Assembly: GCA_964016885.1 (NCBI GenBank)
Contig: OZ024742.1
Location: 291,710,001 to 291,774,000 of the forward strand
Source of the DNA: Eledone cirrhosa
Taxonomy: Eukaryota
DNA length: 64,000 nucleotides
Reading direction: 5' to 3'
The notes beneath the pieces were generated by a model, which did not search any database, was not told where the DNA came from, and saw only the letters and a list, made by a program, of their open reading frames with translations. Position numbers and translations under genes: made by a program. Of this stretch, positions 1-12,800 are shown piece by piece. Within the stretch, counting starts at the first letter, position 1, and each line of letters opens with the position of its first letter.

Positions 1-101
1 TTGTACAGTTCTGTCATAGTTAGAATTCCCAGATAATTCACATCTATCTTTAATTTTGGAGGCGATGTATTTGATATAAAATCATGTGATGAAAGAGATA
101 T

Positions 102-193
102 TGTTATATTTGGAAACCAAACCAAACAGTGAGTGTGTTTTACTATATTTTTCTGGCAATATTAGAACAACATAACCCTCCCCAAATATAACA
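102..193. mobile_element. Tiny TGT...ACA inverted-repeat element (Ginger-like MITE)
   Basis: tgttatatttgg (102-113) and ccaaatataaca (182-193) are perfect inverted repeats flanked by ATAT on both sides. The ends resemble those of the element at 44184-44477. Confidence 0.4.
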
Positions 194-900
194 ATATATA
201 ATTTTGGAATTTTGATAAATACAGAGAAAATTTATGAAGTGGGGATTAATTTAGACATTAAACCTTCGACATATTTCAAATAAAAGGCACTGCCTATAAT
301 TTTTAAATCATTTAAAAAATAATCACGAATTTGAGGGACTTAACTTTCTCATTATCAAATAGGTGTTTGGAACATTACAAAGGTTCTTATATAAGATTTT
401 TAGATAAATATACACAATATTAAATAAACAGTTTTGTATTGTAGAACCAAGGGTGGGAACAGGTGGTTTGGTACCAAAAGAGAACGAGGTAACTGAAAAC
501 ATACCTCGCCCATTTACCACCACCACAATCACCAAAATACATATGTATATATACAGTTATAACATGGAATATATATATATTTTTTATAGTTCCTTTAATG
601 GATTATACTGGTAATTTCCTAACTGGGGTGCTTTTTCTGGTTTTGAGAAATTTCACTTCTCAATATTTGTGCTGAGTGTATATGCCTGCATGTGTTTGTA
701 CGTAAATACACACACACACATATATATATACACACACAATGTCACTATTGGATGGACATGCATGACCATTAGCATACCAAAATGATTGCATAACTGCACC
801 AGTGATTGCATGAGCATCTGGCGAAGTCACATGAATAACCATGTAACAGAAATATATATAATGCAATAAACAATTATGGTGATGTAATCCCGACTTAACT

Positions 901-2644
901 ACCTGATGTAACAAAAAAAAATTTTTTCTCTGTTCCTGGCTTGTAATCACTTTTTTTGTGTTGCTTAGGTCCCAAATAAATAAAAAAAAAAGTGCTATTA
1001 AACAGTTAAAAGTTGGGGTTTGTAAAAATTCTAAGCTATTCACTAGAATTATTTGTATGCTGGATTTTATGTTGTATGTAAGTTTAATTTGCTTATGTTA
1101 AATGATTTTTTTTATATATGTTTCAGGTTAAATTAAAATTATAAAATAAAGAGTAATACCTAAAGAAAATTATAAAAGTTCAATAAAGTATAAAATTGTT
1201 AAAAAGTGGATTAAAGAGATTTATTGATACTGGATTTTTGCACCCTGAATAAAGGGTAAGCTGTGTTTTAAGCATTCGTCTCCAGGAAGAGGCAGTGGAA
1301 CTTGGTCAAGGAGGAAGTGCAAGTGACAAGTCAGAGAAGTCGACACAAACCTTTCTCAGGCTTTTACACTCTTAGGGATGGCCTCTGCTTCTGCCATGAC
1401 GTGCCTGGACTGTTTGACGTTATTGGGGTGCCGTTTGTGCCCAAGGAGTGGCGGCTATTTATAGACAGCTCCACCACAAGTTTGAAGGCTGTCCTCCTCC
1501 ACAATGGAGACAAGTTCCCGACACTGTCCCTAGCTCATTCAATCTGCCTGAAGGAAGATTACTACAGTGTGAAAGTCCTCTTGGAAGCTCTGCAATACAA
1601 CCAGTACAATTGGGAAATCATTGGAGACTTCAAGATGGTGGCTTTCCTGCTTGGACTCCAAGGAGGCTTTATCAAATTCCAATGCTTCCTCTGCCTTTGG
1701 GACAGCAGAGCCACCTCTGACCACTACAAAAGAAAGAACTGGGAGCAGAACAGAATTTGTAGTTGGGACCCGGAACGTCATGTGGGAGCCACTGGTTGAT
1801 CCCAGGATTGTGATCATGCTGCCACTGCATATTAAGTTGGGGTTGATGAAGCAGTTTGTGAAGGCTCTCAACCAAGAATCAGCCACTTTTAAGTACCTTC
1901 TTGAGTTCTTCCCCAAGTTATCTGAGGCCAAAATCAAAGGTGGAATTTTTGTTGGATCTCAGATAAAGAAGGTGTTTGAGTCTACCGAGTTCTCCAATAA
2001 GCTCAATAGGATTGAGAGAACAGCATGGAACTGTTTCAAGGCAGTTGTTAAGGGCTTCCTGGGGAACTACAGAGCTGAAAACTACCAGCAACTGGTGCAG
2101 GATCTAATAAAGGCTTTTGGCGCCATGGGATGCAGGATGTCGCTTAAACTCCATATGCTGGACGCTCACCTGGAAAAATTCAAGGACAATATGAGCGCCT
2201 ACTCAGAAGAAAAAGGCGAATGATTCCACCAAGATGTGAAAGAGATAGAGTAGAGGTACCAGGGCCACTACAATGAAAAAATGATGGGGGACTATATCTG
2301 GGGGCGAGTGCAGGAATGCGACCTGAACTACAACCGCAAATCCAGGAAATCCAGTCATTTCTGACGTGTATAAGTTGCTTTATAAGTTTTAGTTGTTTTT
2401 ACTTGTTTGCTTTTGATAAGGTTGTGTAATAAAATAAATATATTCTCTGTTAATTTAATTATATGAACTGATAAATTTTTTTTAAATGTGTTTTTTCTTG
2501 AAAAATATGAAAATTTCAAAATATCAAACTCCTGACTATAACCCAAACTTTTGATTAAATAATAGTGTTTTTTTATAATAATGGGATATAACAAACCATG
2601 AAATGACACTTAGAACCGGGGAACAAAAAATATGTTACACGGTG
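901..2644 (+). mobile_element. Chapaev3/Transib-like (CMC) DNA transposon, internally deleted
   Basis: Imperfect ~110-120 bp terminal inverted repeats (901-1020 versus the reverse complement of 2541-2644; right end ...tatgttacacggtg) enclose a DDE transposase remnant. Confidence 0.65.
1275..2364 (+). pseudogene. DDE transposase remnant (Chapaev3/Transib/RAG1-like motif order)
   Basis: ORFs 1302-1799 and 1621-2223 plus read-through give WRLFIDSS, GDFKMVAFLLG, CFLCLWDSR, LPLHIKLGLMKQFVKAL, MSLKLHMLDAH, SEEKGE*FHQD, RYQG and MMGDYIW. There is one frameshift, in-frame stops at 2221 and 2251, and no N-terminus. Confidence 0.8.
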
Positions 2645-2699
2645 TTATTTGATATATGTGTATGTGCATGCGTATACATATATAGTATATATGATAATG

Positions 2700-2900
2700 A
2701 AACAGAAATAACAAAACAAATGACAAAGCATAATAAAGAAATATATTAGTTTTACACTTGATATAGTGAGAAAAGAGCTTTAACGTTTCAGACACTTGTC
2801 TGTCATCAGAAAATACAATGAGAAATTAAAGAAATAGAAAGATAGAGGAGAGTGAGCAGTGGAAGAAACCAAAAAATTATTTAAGATAGAACAGGACTTT
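2700..2900 (-). mobile_element. Penelope-type terminal-repeat-like dispersed repeat with hammerhead-like core (copy 1)
   Basis: Similar to 6965-7190 and 47420-47590. The minus strand of 2781-2809 reads CTGATGA-c-AGAC-aagt-GTCT-GAAACGTTA. Confidence 0.55.
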
Positions 2901-3039
2901 TCAGGTCACCATCTCTTGTGTGTATGTGTATATATATACGCACACACACACGTGTGTGTGTGTGTGTATTTGTAGAACAGAATTTGTATTTACATTATAG
3001 ATCCCCCCCCCCCCCCCCCCCACTCACCAACATTATTAT

Positions 3040-6000
3040 TTGGACCAATCATAAGTCAGCGGCCTATGTTATTACTTCTTAAGTTTAGACCTGGTTGCCT
3101 TTCAATATGATAGATAGACTACGGAATTCTGGAGAGTTTGAAAAAATCTGGACACTCAGTGACAATGCCAAAGATAAAGACAAATTCACCTCATGCTGCC
3201 GGACGAGAATGCAAGGACTCCTCCTCTTTATTTAGGCCACGGACAGCTAACATAGCCCCATCCCCTTCACCCGTCCCTGCGCCCTGTCCTCCCCACCCAC
3301 CAAACGCAATCCAAAACTTCAGAGTTGGTACCATGAATGTAGGTACATTAAAAGGTCGCTCTAAAGAGGTTGATGTTTGCTGTATTCAAGAGACCAGGTG
3401 GAGGGGTGGGTCTGCTAGATTCATTGTGGGTAAAAAACGATGCTATAAGCTTTTCTGGGTGGGAAATGACAATGGGCTGGGTGGAGTAGGAATCATGCTA
3501 GCAGAAAAGTGGGCAGATAAGACAATAGACGTAAATAGAGTGAATGACATAATAATTAAAATAAGACTTGTCCTCAATAGAACTACTGTGACAATAATAT
3601 CTGCGTATACACTCCAACCCGGACTGCCTGGCATTATAAAAGACAGATTCTATGATTTGTTAATGCTCATTACCTCCCAAATAACCGACAGTGACTATAT
3701 AATTATTGCTAGCGACCTAAATGGTCACGTTGGACAACACTGACGGCTATGCTGGAATCCATGGGTTTGGTACTAGAAATGAGGAAGGCTCCAGAATCCT
3801 GGAATTCTGTGACGTAAATAATCTAACTATCTGTAACACAAACTTCAAAAAACGAGACAATCACTTGATCACCTATAGATCAGAGGAACACGCCAGTCAG
3901 ATAGATTATATCCTTACCAGAAGACGAGACAGAGTGTCTGTTGTAAACACTAAATCACTCCCCCAAGAAGAATGCACCTCCCAACATAGCCTCATATTTA
4001 GTGACCTCATAGTCAGGACGAGACATATTCGACAACAGAGGAGGACTATTCTTAGGAGAAAAATATGGAAGTTAAAGGACCCCACAACCAGTAATAAATT
4101 TAAAAGCATATTACTTGATGCTTTTGACAGTAAGGAAGAGCAATTAGAGTCGTACAATATAGAGGAACAGTGGGAATTCCTGAAAGCTAACCTGCTGAAG
4201 GCAACAGATGAAATCTGTGGCTGGAGCAGACCTATAGGCAGGAGGAAAGTAACTTGGTGGTGGAACAGTAAGGTGGAGGAGTCGATCAAGGCCAAAAACC
4301 AGGCTTGGAAAGTATGGTGGGATGGGGAAGAAGAGAAGACTATCAAGTGGCCAGAGGGAAGCTAGGAGACATGTGTACTTCGCAAGAAGGGAAGCAGAGG
4401 AAAGAAAATTCAAGCATGTTCTACAATGTGAGGACCAAAAACGTGAGGTGTTCAGGATTGCTAGACAATGTGTCAAGGAGAACCGTGATATTGTCGGAGA
4501 GAAGTGTGTCCGTAATGATGATGGTGTACTTGACATCACTGACGCTGATAAGAAGGTAACTTGGAAGTGTCACTATGAAAGGCTACTAAATGAGGAGAAT
4601 AAATGGGAGAAAGACAGTCTCCCCCACATCGATCCAATAGAGGGACCAGCAGTGCAAAGATATGAAGACGGGCAAGGCGGCTGGGGCTTCGGAAATAGTT
4701 GCTGAAATGCTGAAAGCATCTGAAACGGTGGGACACACTATCGTCACCCGGATAGTAAACCAAGTTATATAGAATGGGGTCGTACCAAAGGACTGGCGTA
4801 ACAGCATCATCATTAACTGCTACAAGGGTAAAGGAGATGCCCTAGATAGGGGGAACTATAGAGGTATTAAATTAATTGACCAGGTCATGAAGGTCACAGA
4901 AAAGGTATAGCGCAACTAATCAGAGAGAGAATTGATCTAGATGAAATGCAGTTCGGGTTTGTGTCAGGTAAAAGTACCACAGACGCTCTTTTCATTGTAC
5001 GACAACTACAGGAGAAGTACCTAGCTAAAAGTAAACCCCTCTACTTAGCTTTTGTAGACCTGGAGAAAGCCTTTGACAGAGTCCCCCGCTCCATTATCTG
5101 GAGGACTCTTAGAAAACTAGGTGTAGATGAATCACTTGTGAGAGCTGTAAAGCCATGTATAAAGAAACAGTCAGCAAGGTTAGAATTAACAACGAATATA
5201 GTGAAGTGTTTAGCATAAAAGTTGGTGTTCATCAGGGCTCTGTCCTTAGCCCCCTCCTATTTATTATTGCCCTCCAAGCTATAACAGAGGAGTTCAAGAC
5301 CGGCTGTCCTTGGGAACTTCTATACACAGATGATCTAACGCTCATAGCCGAATCAATGGCTGAGCTAGAGAAGAAATTCGAAACATGGAAGCATGGCCTA
5401 GAATCAAAAGGCCTTAAAGTTAACTTGTCTAAGACTAAAGTCCTAATATGTAGGAAGGAGAATAGGGCACTGGTCCCATCTGGGAAATGGCCATGCTCAG
5501 TGTGTAGGAAAGGTGTAGGTAGAAACTTCATTTTATGTCCCAAATGCAAAGTATGGGTGCATAAAAGATGGGATCACAGGTAAGCTAACTAAGAATATAG
5601 ATTTTATATGTGGCCAGTGCTCTGGTGCAATAAGTAGCAGCAAATGCCCACAGAATACTAGCTCATTCCATTGCACAGATGATTCTATAGAAATAGTGGA
5701 CACCTTCCGTTACCTGGGTGACAAAATCAGCAGTGGTGGAGGGTGCTCTGAAAGTACAGTAGCTAGAGTCCGAACGGGATGGAAAAAGTTCAGAGAGCTT
5801 ATACCACTATTGGCCACTAAAGGTTTCTCTCTAAAAATAAAAGGCAGGCTGTATGATGCCTACATACGAACAGCGATGTTACATGGTAGTGAGACATGGG
5901 CCTTGTGTGCAGAGGATCTACGCAGACTGGAGAGGAACGAAGCTTGCATGCTCTGTTGGATGTGTAATACGCGAACAGCAAAGCATAAATGAACTAAGTG

Positions 6001-6650
6001 AGAAATTAGGAATAAGAGGGATCAGATGCTGTTTACTCGAGAGAAGACTACGTTGGTATGGTCTCATGATGCGCATGAAAGACGACAGCTGTATAAAAAA
6101 GTGCAGGGCGATCAAAATAGACGGTAGCTACGGAGTAGGCAGACCCAGAAAAACCTGGGACGACTTGATAAAATCCGACCTCACACACTTACACCTCTCC
6201 AAGACAATGTCACTGGACCGAGATCTTTGGCGCTACGTAGTAATACAGAAGACCCACCTTGCCTAAGTACAAAGCGAAACCTACAGTCAGTTGGCATCTC
6301 TTAACCAAAATAAACCCCGTCCCAGTAACCCTACCCCCACCGCCATCTAAACTACCCCTTTCGATGTAAAGCTATGTTGGTACCACAACATCCAGTCCTA
6401 AATAAATGAGGTCGTGTAGGTGTCACGACAAAAAAACACAGTCCACGCTGTAATGTGGCCGTGTAGGTAACACGGTAAAAACCTCCCAGTCCACACTGTA
6501 AACGTGGTTGGTGTTAGGAAGGGCATCCAGCCGTAGAAAACCTGCCAGACAGTCCTGAGCAAGACAACCAATCTTGCCTCAAGTAGGACAATTCCCGTCC
6601 AGACCCATGCTAGCATGGAAAATGGACGTTAAACAATGATGAAGGTGATT
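3040..6650 (+). mobile_element. RTE-clade LINE family A, near full-length, decayed (APE endonuclease + RT + PHD-like finger)
   Basis: Consecutive frameshifted ORFs from 3165 to 6266 contain VGTMNVGTL, CIQETRW, SDLNGHVG, SQIDYIL, MQFGFVSGKSTTDA, FVDLEKAFDRV, VGVHQGSVLSPLLF, LLYTDDL, FRYLG and RRLRWYG. The ~380-bp 3' UTR ends ggacgttaaac followed by a degenerate GAT tail. The 5' boundary is approximate. Confidence 0.93.
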
Positions 6651-6839
6651 ATAAATGTGGATATTTATTGGAGATACAAGCAGAACAAGGTAGCAGGGGA
6701 GATGGAAGAAGAGAGATAATACAAATTAATGATATATTCTTCAACTTGTTCATTCTAAGATGACAGTTATGACTAACAAATTCAAATATGAAAGTTTATA
6801 TATATATATATATATACACACACATACACACTAGTCACG

Positions 6840-6906
<67 letters not shown>

Positions 6907-6917
6907 CGACTCTTTGC

Positions 6918-6955
<38 letters not shown>

Positions 6956-6964
6956 GTATGTAAA

Positions 6965-7190
6965 AGGCGAACAGAAATAACAACACAATCGGTACAGTAT
7001 ATGGAAGGGATATATTAGGTTAACACTTGATATAGCTGGAAGAGGGTCTAAACGTTTCGGACGCTAGTCTTTCATCAGAAGAAAGAATGAGAAATAAGAT
7101 AGATTGAGGGACGGGCGGGATGGAATTGGAACAAATGTCTTTAGATAAAAATAACAGGCCCATTCATGTTGACATTGCTTGCAAATATAT
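6965..7190 (-). mobile_element. Penelope-type terminal-repeat-like dispersed repeat with hammerhead-like core (copy 2)
   Basis: Homologous to 2700-2900. The minus strand of ~7047-7078 reads CTGATGA-aa-GAC-tagc-GTC-c-GAAACGTTTAGA. Confidence 0.55.
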
Positions 7191-7859
7191 ACATATATAC
7201 ACACTAGTCACCTATGTATGTATGTATGTACATATATATATATATAGACTCTTTTAAATAAATTTAGAAAAAAAAAAAATATATATATATAGATAAATCT
7301 ACCAAAATGTACGGTAGTGTCCAATCCGTATGAAGAACTCAATGTAATCCGAATATCATGAAAAGAGAAGATGTATTCAAAAATTTTTTTCAATGAAAAA
7401 CACAGGAAAAACAGAGTCAAGATAAATTAATAAAAATAATGAATAAAAAACAAAGAAACAGTTCCTTATATTTAAAAATTCATCATTTTACGATCGTTTC
7501 TAGGATATATATGTGTGTGTTAGTATGTATATCATATAGATCTATGTAAAATTTTTACAAACTATCAGAGGGAATATACATACCTACACATATATATGCT
7601 GTCTTCAGAAATAATGATATTTGTTTATTGAAAAAAACCAACAAAGATTTAATATAATAGGTCTGTTTGGGAACAGGTTTTGAATTGACCAATAGAAAGG
7701 TAGTAAGTGGTCAAGATGGTAGAATAGTAGTAATGGAACTTTAATTTAGGGGTAGAGGAAGGCAGATTTCAGTTTTGAATGGAAAGAGTATATAAAATAA
7801 ACCACAGCAAACCACCATCTCATTGACATACAACAAGTCGTGAAAATTCCACACCTAAT

Positions 7860-8321
7860 TTGACTATCTCCTCTGATATAGCATTCACGAAAGGTTGTAA
7901 CTGTAGAAACAAAGCAAATTGCCCATTAAAAGGAAATTGCCTTATTAATAACATAGTATATAAATGTAAAATTAACACTAAGGACTCAACTTATTCATAT
8001 ATAGGAGCTACTTCTAACCAATTTAAAGTAAGATTTAATACCCACAAACACAGTTTTAAAAATGCCGCATTAGCTAATACAACATCCTTAGCTGAAATAA
8101 TTGATAATTATAGAAAAAGGAATATAGATTATAACCTGACCTGGAGTGTGCTCAAAACGGCCACCCCTTATCAAAATAATAGATATGAATGTAGATTATG
8201 TTCCCAGGAAATTTTTGAAATAATGAAATCTAAGGATATCCTATTAAATAAACGACAGGAATTAATTATATCATGTAATCATAAATTGAGAAGAACTTTT
8301 AAATATTATAAACCTAATTAA
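7860..8321 (+). pseudogene. Penelope-like element GIY-YIG endonuclease, C-terminal fragment
   Basis: CNCRNKANCPLKGNCL..NIVYKC..YIGATSNQFKVRFNTHKHSF..WSVL..CRLC..E..I..LLNKRQEL..CNH is the typical C-terminus of Penelope-like retroelements. No RT is present upstream. Confidence 0.88.
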
Positions 8322-8620
8322 TATACACTTTACAAATTATTATAATAACACTTTTTTAAAATTAGTTAACCTATAATTAATATTCTACTACTAATAGGGA
8401 GCAGCGGCTGTTAGGGCAAGACGTGTTTTTCTCGGGCTCTGCTAGAGTCAGCAGCAACACACAACCACGTATTGCTACACACACACAAGAGGAAAGAGAA
8501 AATTTATGAGACCAATAGAGATATGTACATTTATATATATATATATTTATATATTTATATCTAGATATTGCTATTATCATTTAGAGTCCCTCTGTGTTTA
8601 ATGTATGTTCATTAGTATAT

Positions 8621-8930
8621 GTGTTGTTATTTCTTATTTCTGCTTACATTTTACATACATATATCTATATATATGCTTGCGTGGACCCCTCTCAAAAATT
8701 TGTTGGATTTTCTAATTGGATACCCCGAAACTGGATACCAACACTGAATACACCTGAACTTCTACCAGGAAATCTTTCGTTGTTATTTCTGCTTGCATTT
8801 TACATATATACATATATATATCAATGCTTGCGTGGACCCCTCTTGAAGATTCGTTGGATTTTCTAATTGGATACCCCGAAACTGGATACCAATCACTGAA
8901 TACACCTGAACTTCTACCAGGAAATCTTTC
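8621..8930 (+). repeat. ~150-bp tandem direct repeat downstream of the Penelope ORF (pseudo-LTR-like)
   Basis: Two near-identical copies (8621-8778, 8779-8930) of ...tgcttgcgtggacccctc...ttggataccccgaaactggatacc...ctaccaggaaatctttc. Confidence 0.8.
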
Positions 8931-9249
8931 ATATCAGTGAAAATTTTCTTTTGTTTGCTTCATATATATATATTATATATACTTGTCCGCCATTGCAAAA
9001 GGCCATCAATTCAAAATTTTGGAGAGAGAGGAAAAGAGAGAAGTGATCTATGAACTTGTACATCTAACTGACCCCCCCGTCACCACAATAACAATAACGC
9101 CTACACTCGCTCCCCACCATCACCACATTACTCTAAGGTCGCTGTCCTGTCCCCTGTTGACATACTGCTGACTCTCTTTGGATGTATGTATGTGTATATA
9201 CATATGTGTATGTGTGTGTATAGGTATATCTCAGTGGATACGACCAGAT

Positions 9250-9560
9250 TTCAACACAGCAACAACTACAACAACAACAGCAGCAACACCAACAACAACA
9301 ACAACAGCAACAACACCATCGTCTGTGTTGAATGTGTGTGTGTGTATGTATTTGTATATTTGCGACAGCAATAACAGCATCAACACCATTGTCTGCAGCA
9401 ACAGCAGCAGTGAAATGAAGGACAACAACAACAGCAACAACGACAACAACTACAATAACAACTACAGCACCAACAACTGCCACCACCATCACTGACCATC
9501 CACCACCACCACGCTGATACCATCCACCACCACCACACTGACGCCATCCACCACCGCCAT
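9250..9560. repeat. (CAA/CAG/CAC)n low-complexity microsatellite
   Basis: Runs of aacaac/agcaac/caccac. Confidence 0.85.
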
Positions 9561-9844
9561 TACCAGTGTAAAGCAAACAATTATTATTGTTATTATTATT
9601 ATATACAAACTGAACTGGACTGGGAAAGGTCAACAGTTGACATGATAGTGATTTTGATGATTTTGATTTTGTATCAGTACTGTCGGTAATATATGTATAT
9701 ATATGTTTGTGAGTGGTATGTGTGATTGTATGCATGAATGAGTGTTGGTATGTGTGGTTGTGGTTTGTATGCATGAGTATTGGTGTGTGAGTGTTTGTGT
9801 GTGCGTCATGTCAAGTTTTTTTTTTTTTTTTTTTTTTTTAATGA

Positions 9845-12800
9845 CCATGCTGTAAAATGGAGGGGTAGAGAGGGCCCTTGAGTCTAGTAAGACATCCTCT
9901 CTAGTGCTGGTGGCACAAATAAAAGCACCCAGTCCATGCTGTAAAGTGGCGCTGGTGTTAGGAAGGGCATCCAACCAGTGTATCAATGCCAAATCGCTTA
10001 TCAGCACAGCAACAAAACAGCATAGGAACAACAAGAAAATATGAAGACGTCGCATCTCAGAGTTGCAACACTTAATGTTGGCACTCTCAGAGGTAGATCT
10101 GCTGAAATAGCGGAGATGCTGGAGAGAAGGCAGGTGGATGTGTGCTGCATGCAAGAGGTGAGATGGAGAGGTGCCTCTGCAAGACTAGTCGTAGGCAAGC
10201 GTCTTAGCTATAAGCTATTCTGGGTAGGTAAGGATGATGGGTTAGGGGGAGTAGGCATTTTCCTGGCTGAGAAATGGATCAATAAGACAATAGAGGTAGT
10301 TTGAATTAGTAATCGAATAATTAAGCTTAGATTAGTTGTAGGTAGGAGACTACTGACAATCATCTCGGTCTATGCTCCCCAAGCAGGCCTAGGCAAAGAT
10401 GAGAAAGACTGCTTTTATGAGCAACTTTTGCAAACAACCACAATGACAGAGGACGGAGACATTTATGCTAGCAGGAGACTTCAATGGTCATGTTGGACAG
10501 CTCCAGGATGGTTACACTGGGGTACATGGTGGGCACGGTTACGGTTCAAGAAATGAAGAAGGAGTGAGATTTCTTGAATTTTGTGATGCGAGTACATTGA
10601 CTATTTGCAACACAAACTTCCAGAAACCTGCCAATCACCTAATAACCTACAAATCTGGTGAGCACATAAGCCAGATTGACTTCCTGCTAGTTAGGCAGCG
10701 GGACAGGCAGATAGTGTCTAATACCAAGGCATACCCTGGGGAAGAATGTACCCCACAGCATAGGTTAGTTGTTAGTGATATCTCAGTAAGCAAGAGATGG
10801 AATGAGACATATAGGAAGGTGTGGAGAAGACAGGTCTGGAAGCTAAAAGACCTTTCACTAAAATACAAATTTAGGAAAGCCCTTCAAGATGTATATGACG
10901 AAAAAGAAGACGATTTAGAGACGTATGACATAGATAATAACTGGAAGTTCTTACGTGACAATTTGCTGCAGGCTACTGATGAAACCTGTGGCTGGAGCAG
11001 AGCTCCAACCAGACAGAGAGTGACCTGGTGGTGGAACAGCACAGTAGATAAGGCTATTAGAGACAAAAGACTAGCATGGAAGGCTTGGAAAAAGGGTGGG
11101 AGTAGGGAAGAATATACAGCCACTAAGAGAGAAGCTAGACGTCAGGTGTACTTAGCACACAGGGAGGCAGAGAGTAGGAGGTTTGCCAATGTTCTGCGAC
11201 GGGAAGATCAGAGGCATGCGGTGTTCCACATTGCAAGGCAGTGTGTCAATGCAAATCAGGATGTTGTTGGAGATAAATGTGTCCGGGATGATGCCGGTGT
11301 ACTTAGTGTCACGAATGACCAGAAAAAGGAGGCCTGGAAATGTCATTATGAGAGACTGATGAATGTGGAGAACGAATGGGAGAGAGAGAAATTACCCTTG
11401 GTAGATCCGACAGAGGGACCAGCTATTGAGATTGACGAATATAGGGTCCAAGAGGCGATTAGGGAAATGAAAAATGGTAAGGCGGCCGGACCATCGGGAA
11501 TAGTTGCTGAGATGCCGAAGGCATCAGGGGACGTAGGCACTAAACTGGTTGCACGGATCATCAATCAGGCTATATATGGTGGTGTCATACCCAAAGACTG
11601 GTGCAGCAGTATTCTCATAAATTGCTACAAAGGTAAAGGGGATGCTTTGGAGAGGAGCAATTATAGGGGTATAAAACTGATAGATCAGGTTATGAAAGTG
11701 GCAGAAAGGATTTTAGCACAACTAATTAGAGAAAGGATCAAACTAGATGAGATGCAGTTTGGTTTTGTGCCTGGGAAGAGTACAACAGATGCCCTCTTCT
11801 TGGTGAGACAAATGCAAGAGAGATCCTTAGAGAAGAATAAGCCACTATACTTAGCCTTTGTTGACCTAGAGAAGGCCTTTGATAGGGTACCCCGATCTGT
11901 CATCTGGTGGTCCCTAAGGAAGCTAGGTGTTGAGGAATGGCTTGTGAGGACAGTGCAAACTTTGTACAGAGGTACTCTCAGTAAAGTCAGGGTAGGAATG
12001 GAGTTTAGTGAGGAATTCCAGATACAAGTAGGAGTACATCAGGGTTCGGTCCTCAGCCCGCTCTTGTTCATTATAGTCCTCCAAGCCATAACAGAGGAGT
12101 TTAAGACTGGCTGTCCATGGGAACTTCTCTATGCTGACGATCTGGCTCTTATAGCAGAATCAGTAGAGGAGCTAGAGAATAAATTCCGGCTATGGAAACA
12201 GCAGTTGGAAGCAAGAGGACTGAGAGTAAATCTAGCTAAGACAAAAGTGTTGATGAGTAGAAAAGAGGACAAAACCCTGATTCCGTCAGGGAAATGGCCA
12301 TGTTCGATATGCAGAAAAGGAACTGGCATAAATTCTATAAAATGCACACAATGCAGGTCCTGGGTACACAAGAGATGTAGCGGGATAGCAGGCAAACTAA
12401 CAGGTAGGGAGAAATATGTATGCAGTAGATGTACAGGGAAATTAGACAGTAGAAGTCGCACTGATAGACACATTTTTCAAATGCAAGAGGGCGCTATAGA
12501 AGTGGTGGATAGCTTCCGGTACCTAGGAGATCAGATTAGCATGGGAGGAGGGTGTTCCGAGGCCATAGTATCTAGAATAAGGATGGGTTGGAAGAAGTTT
12601 AGGGAGCTGCTTCCTCTGTTGACGAAGAAGGGTTTCTCCCTGCGTACGAAAGGCCGGTTGTATGATGCCTGTGTGAGGAGCGCGATGCTGCATGGTAGTG
12701 AGACATGGGCAGAGGATATGCGACGGATGGAGAGAAATGAGGCAAGCATGCTCCGTTGGATGTGCAGTGTAAATGTGCGTGAACGACCCAGCATAAATGT

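Noticed and set aside
1302-2364. Domesticated RAG1-like host gene
   Set aside because: It has a frameshift, in-frame stops, no N-terminus and flanking TIRs, which indicates a dead transposon.
6782-7018. YIYI/THTH/CVCV-type ORFs here and at 9133-9774, 16022-16531, 42009-42494 and 45677-46703
   Set aside because: They are translations of microsatellites with no coding signal.
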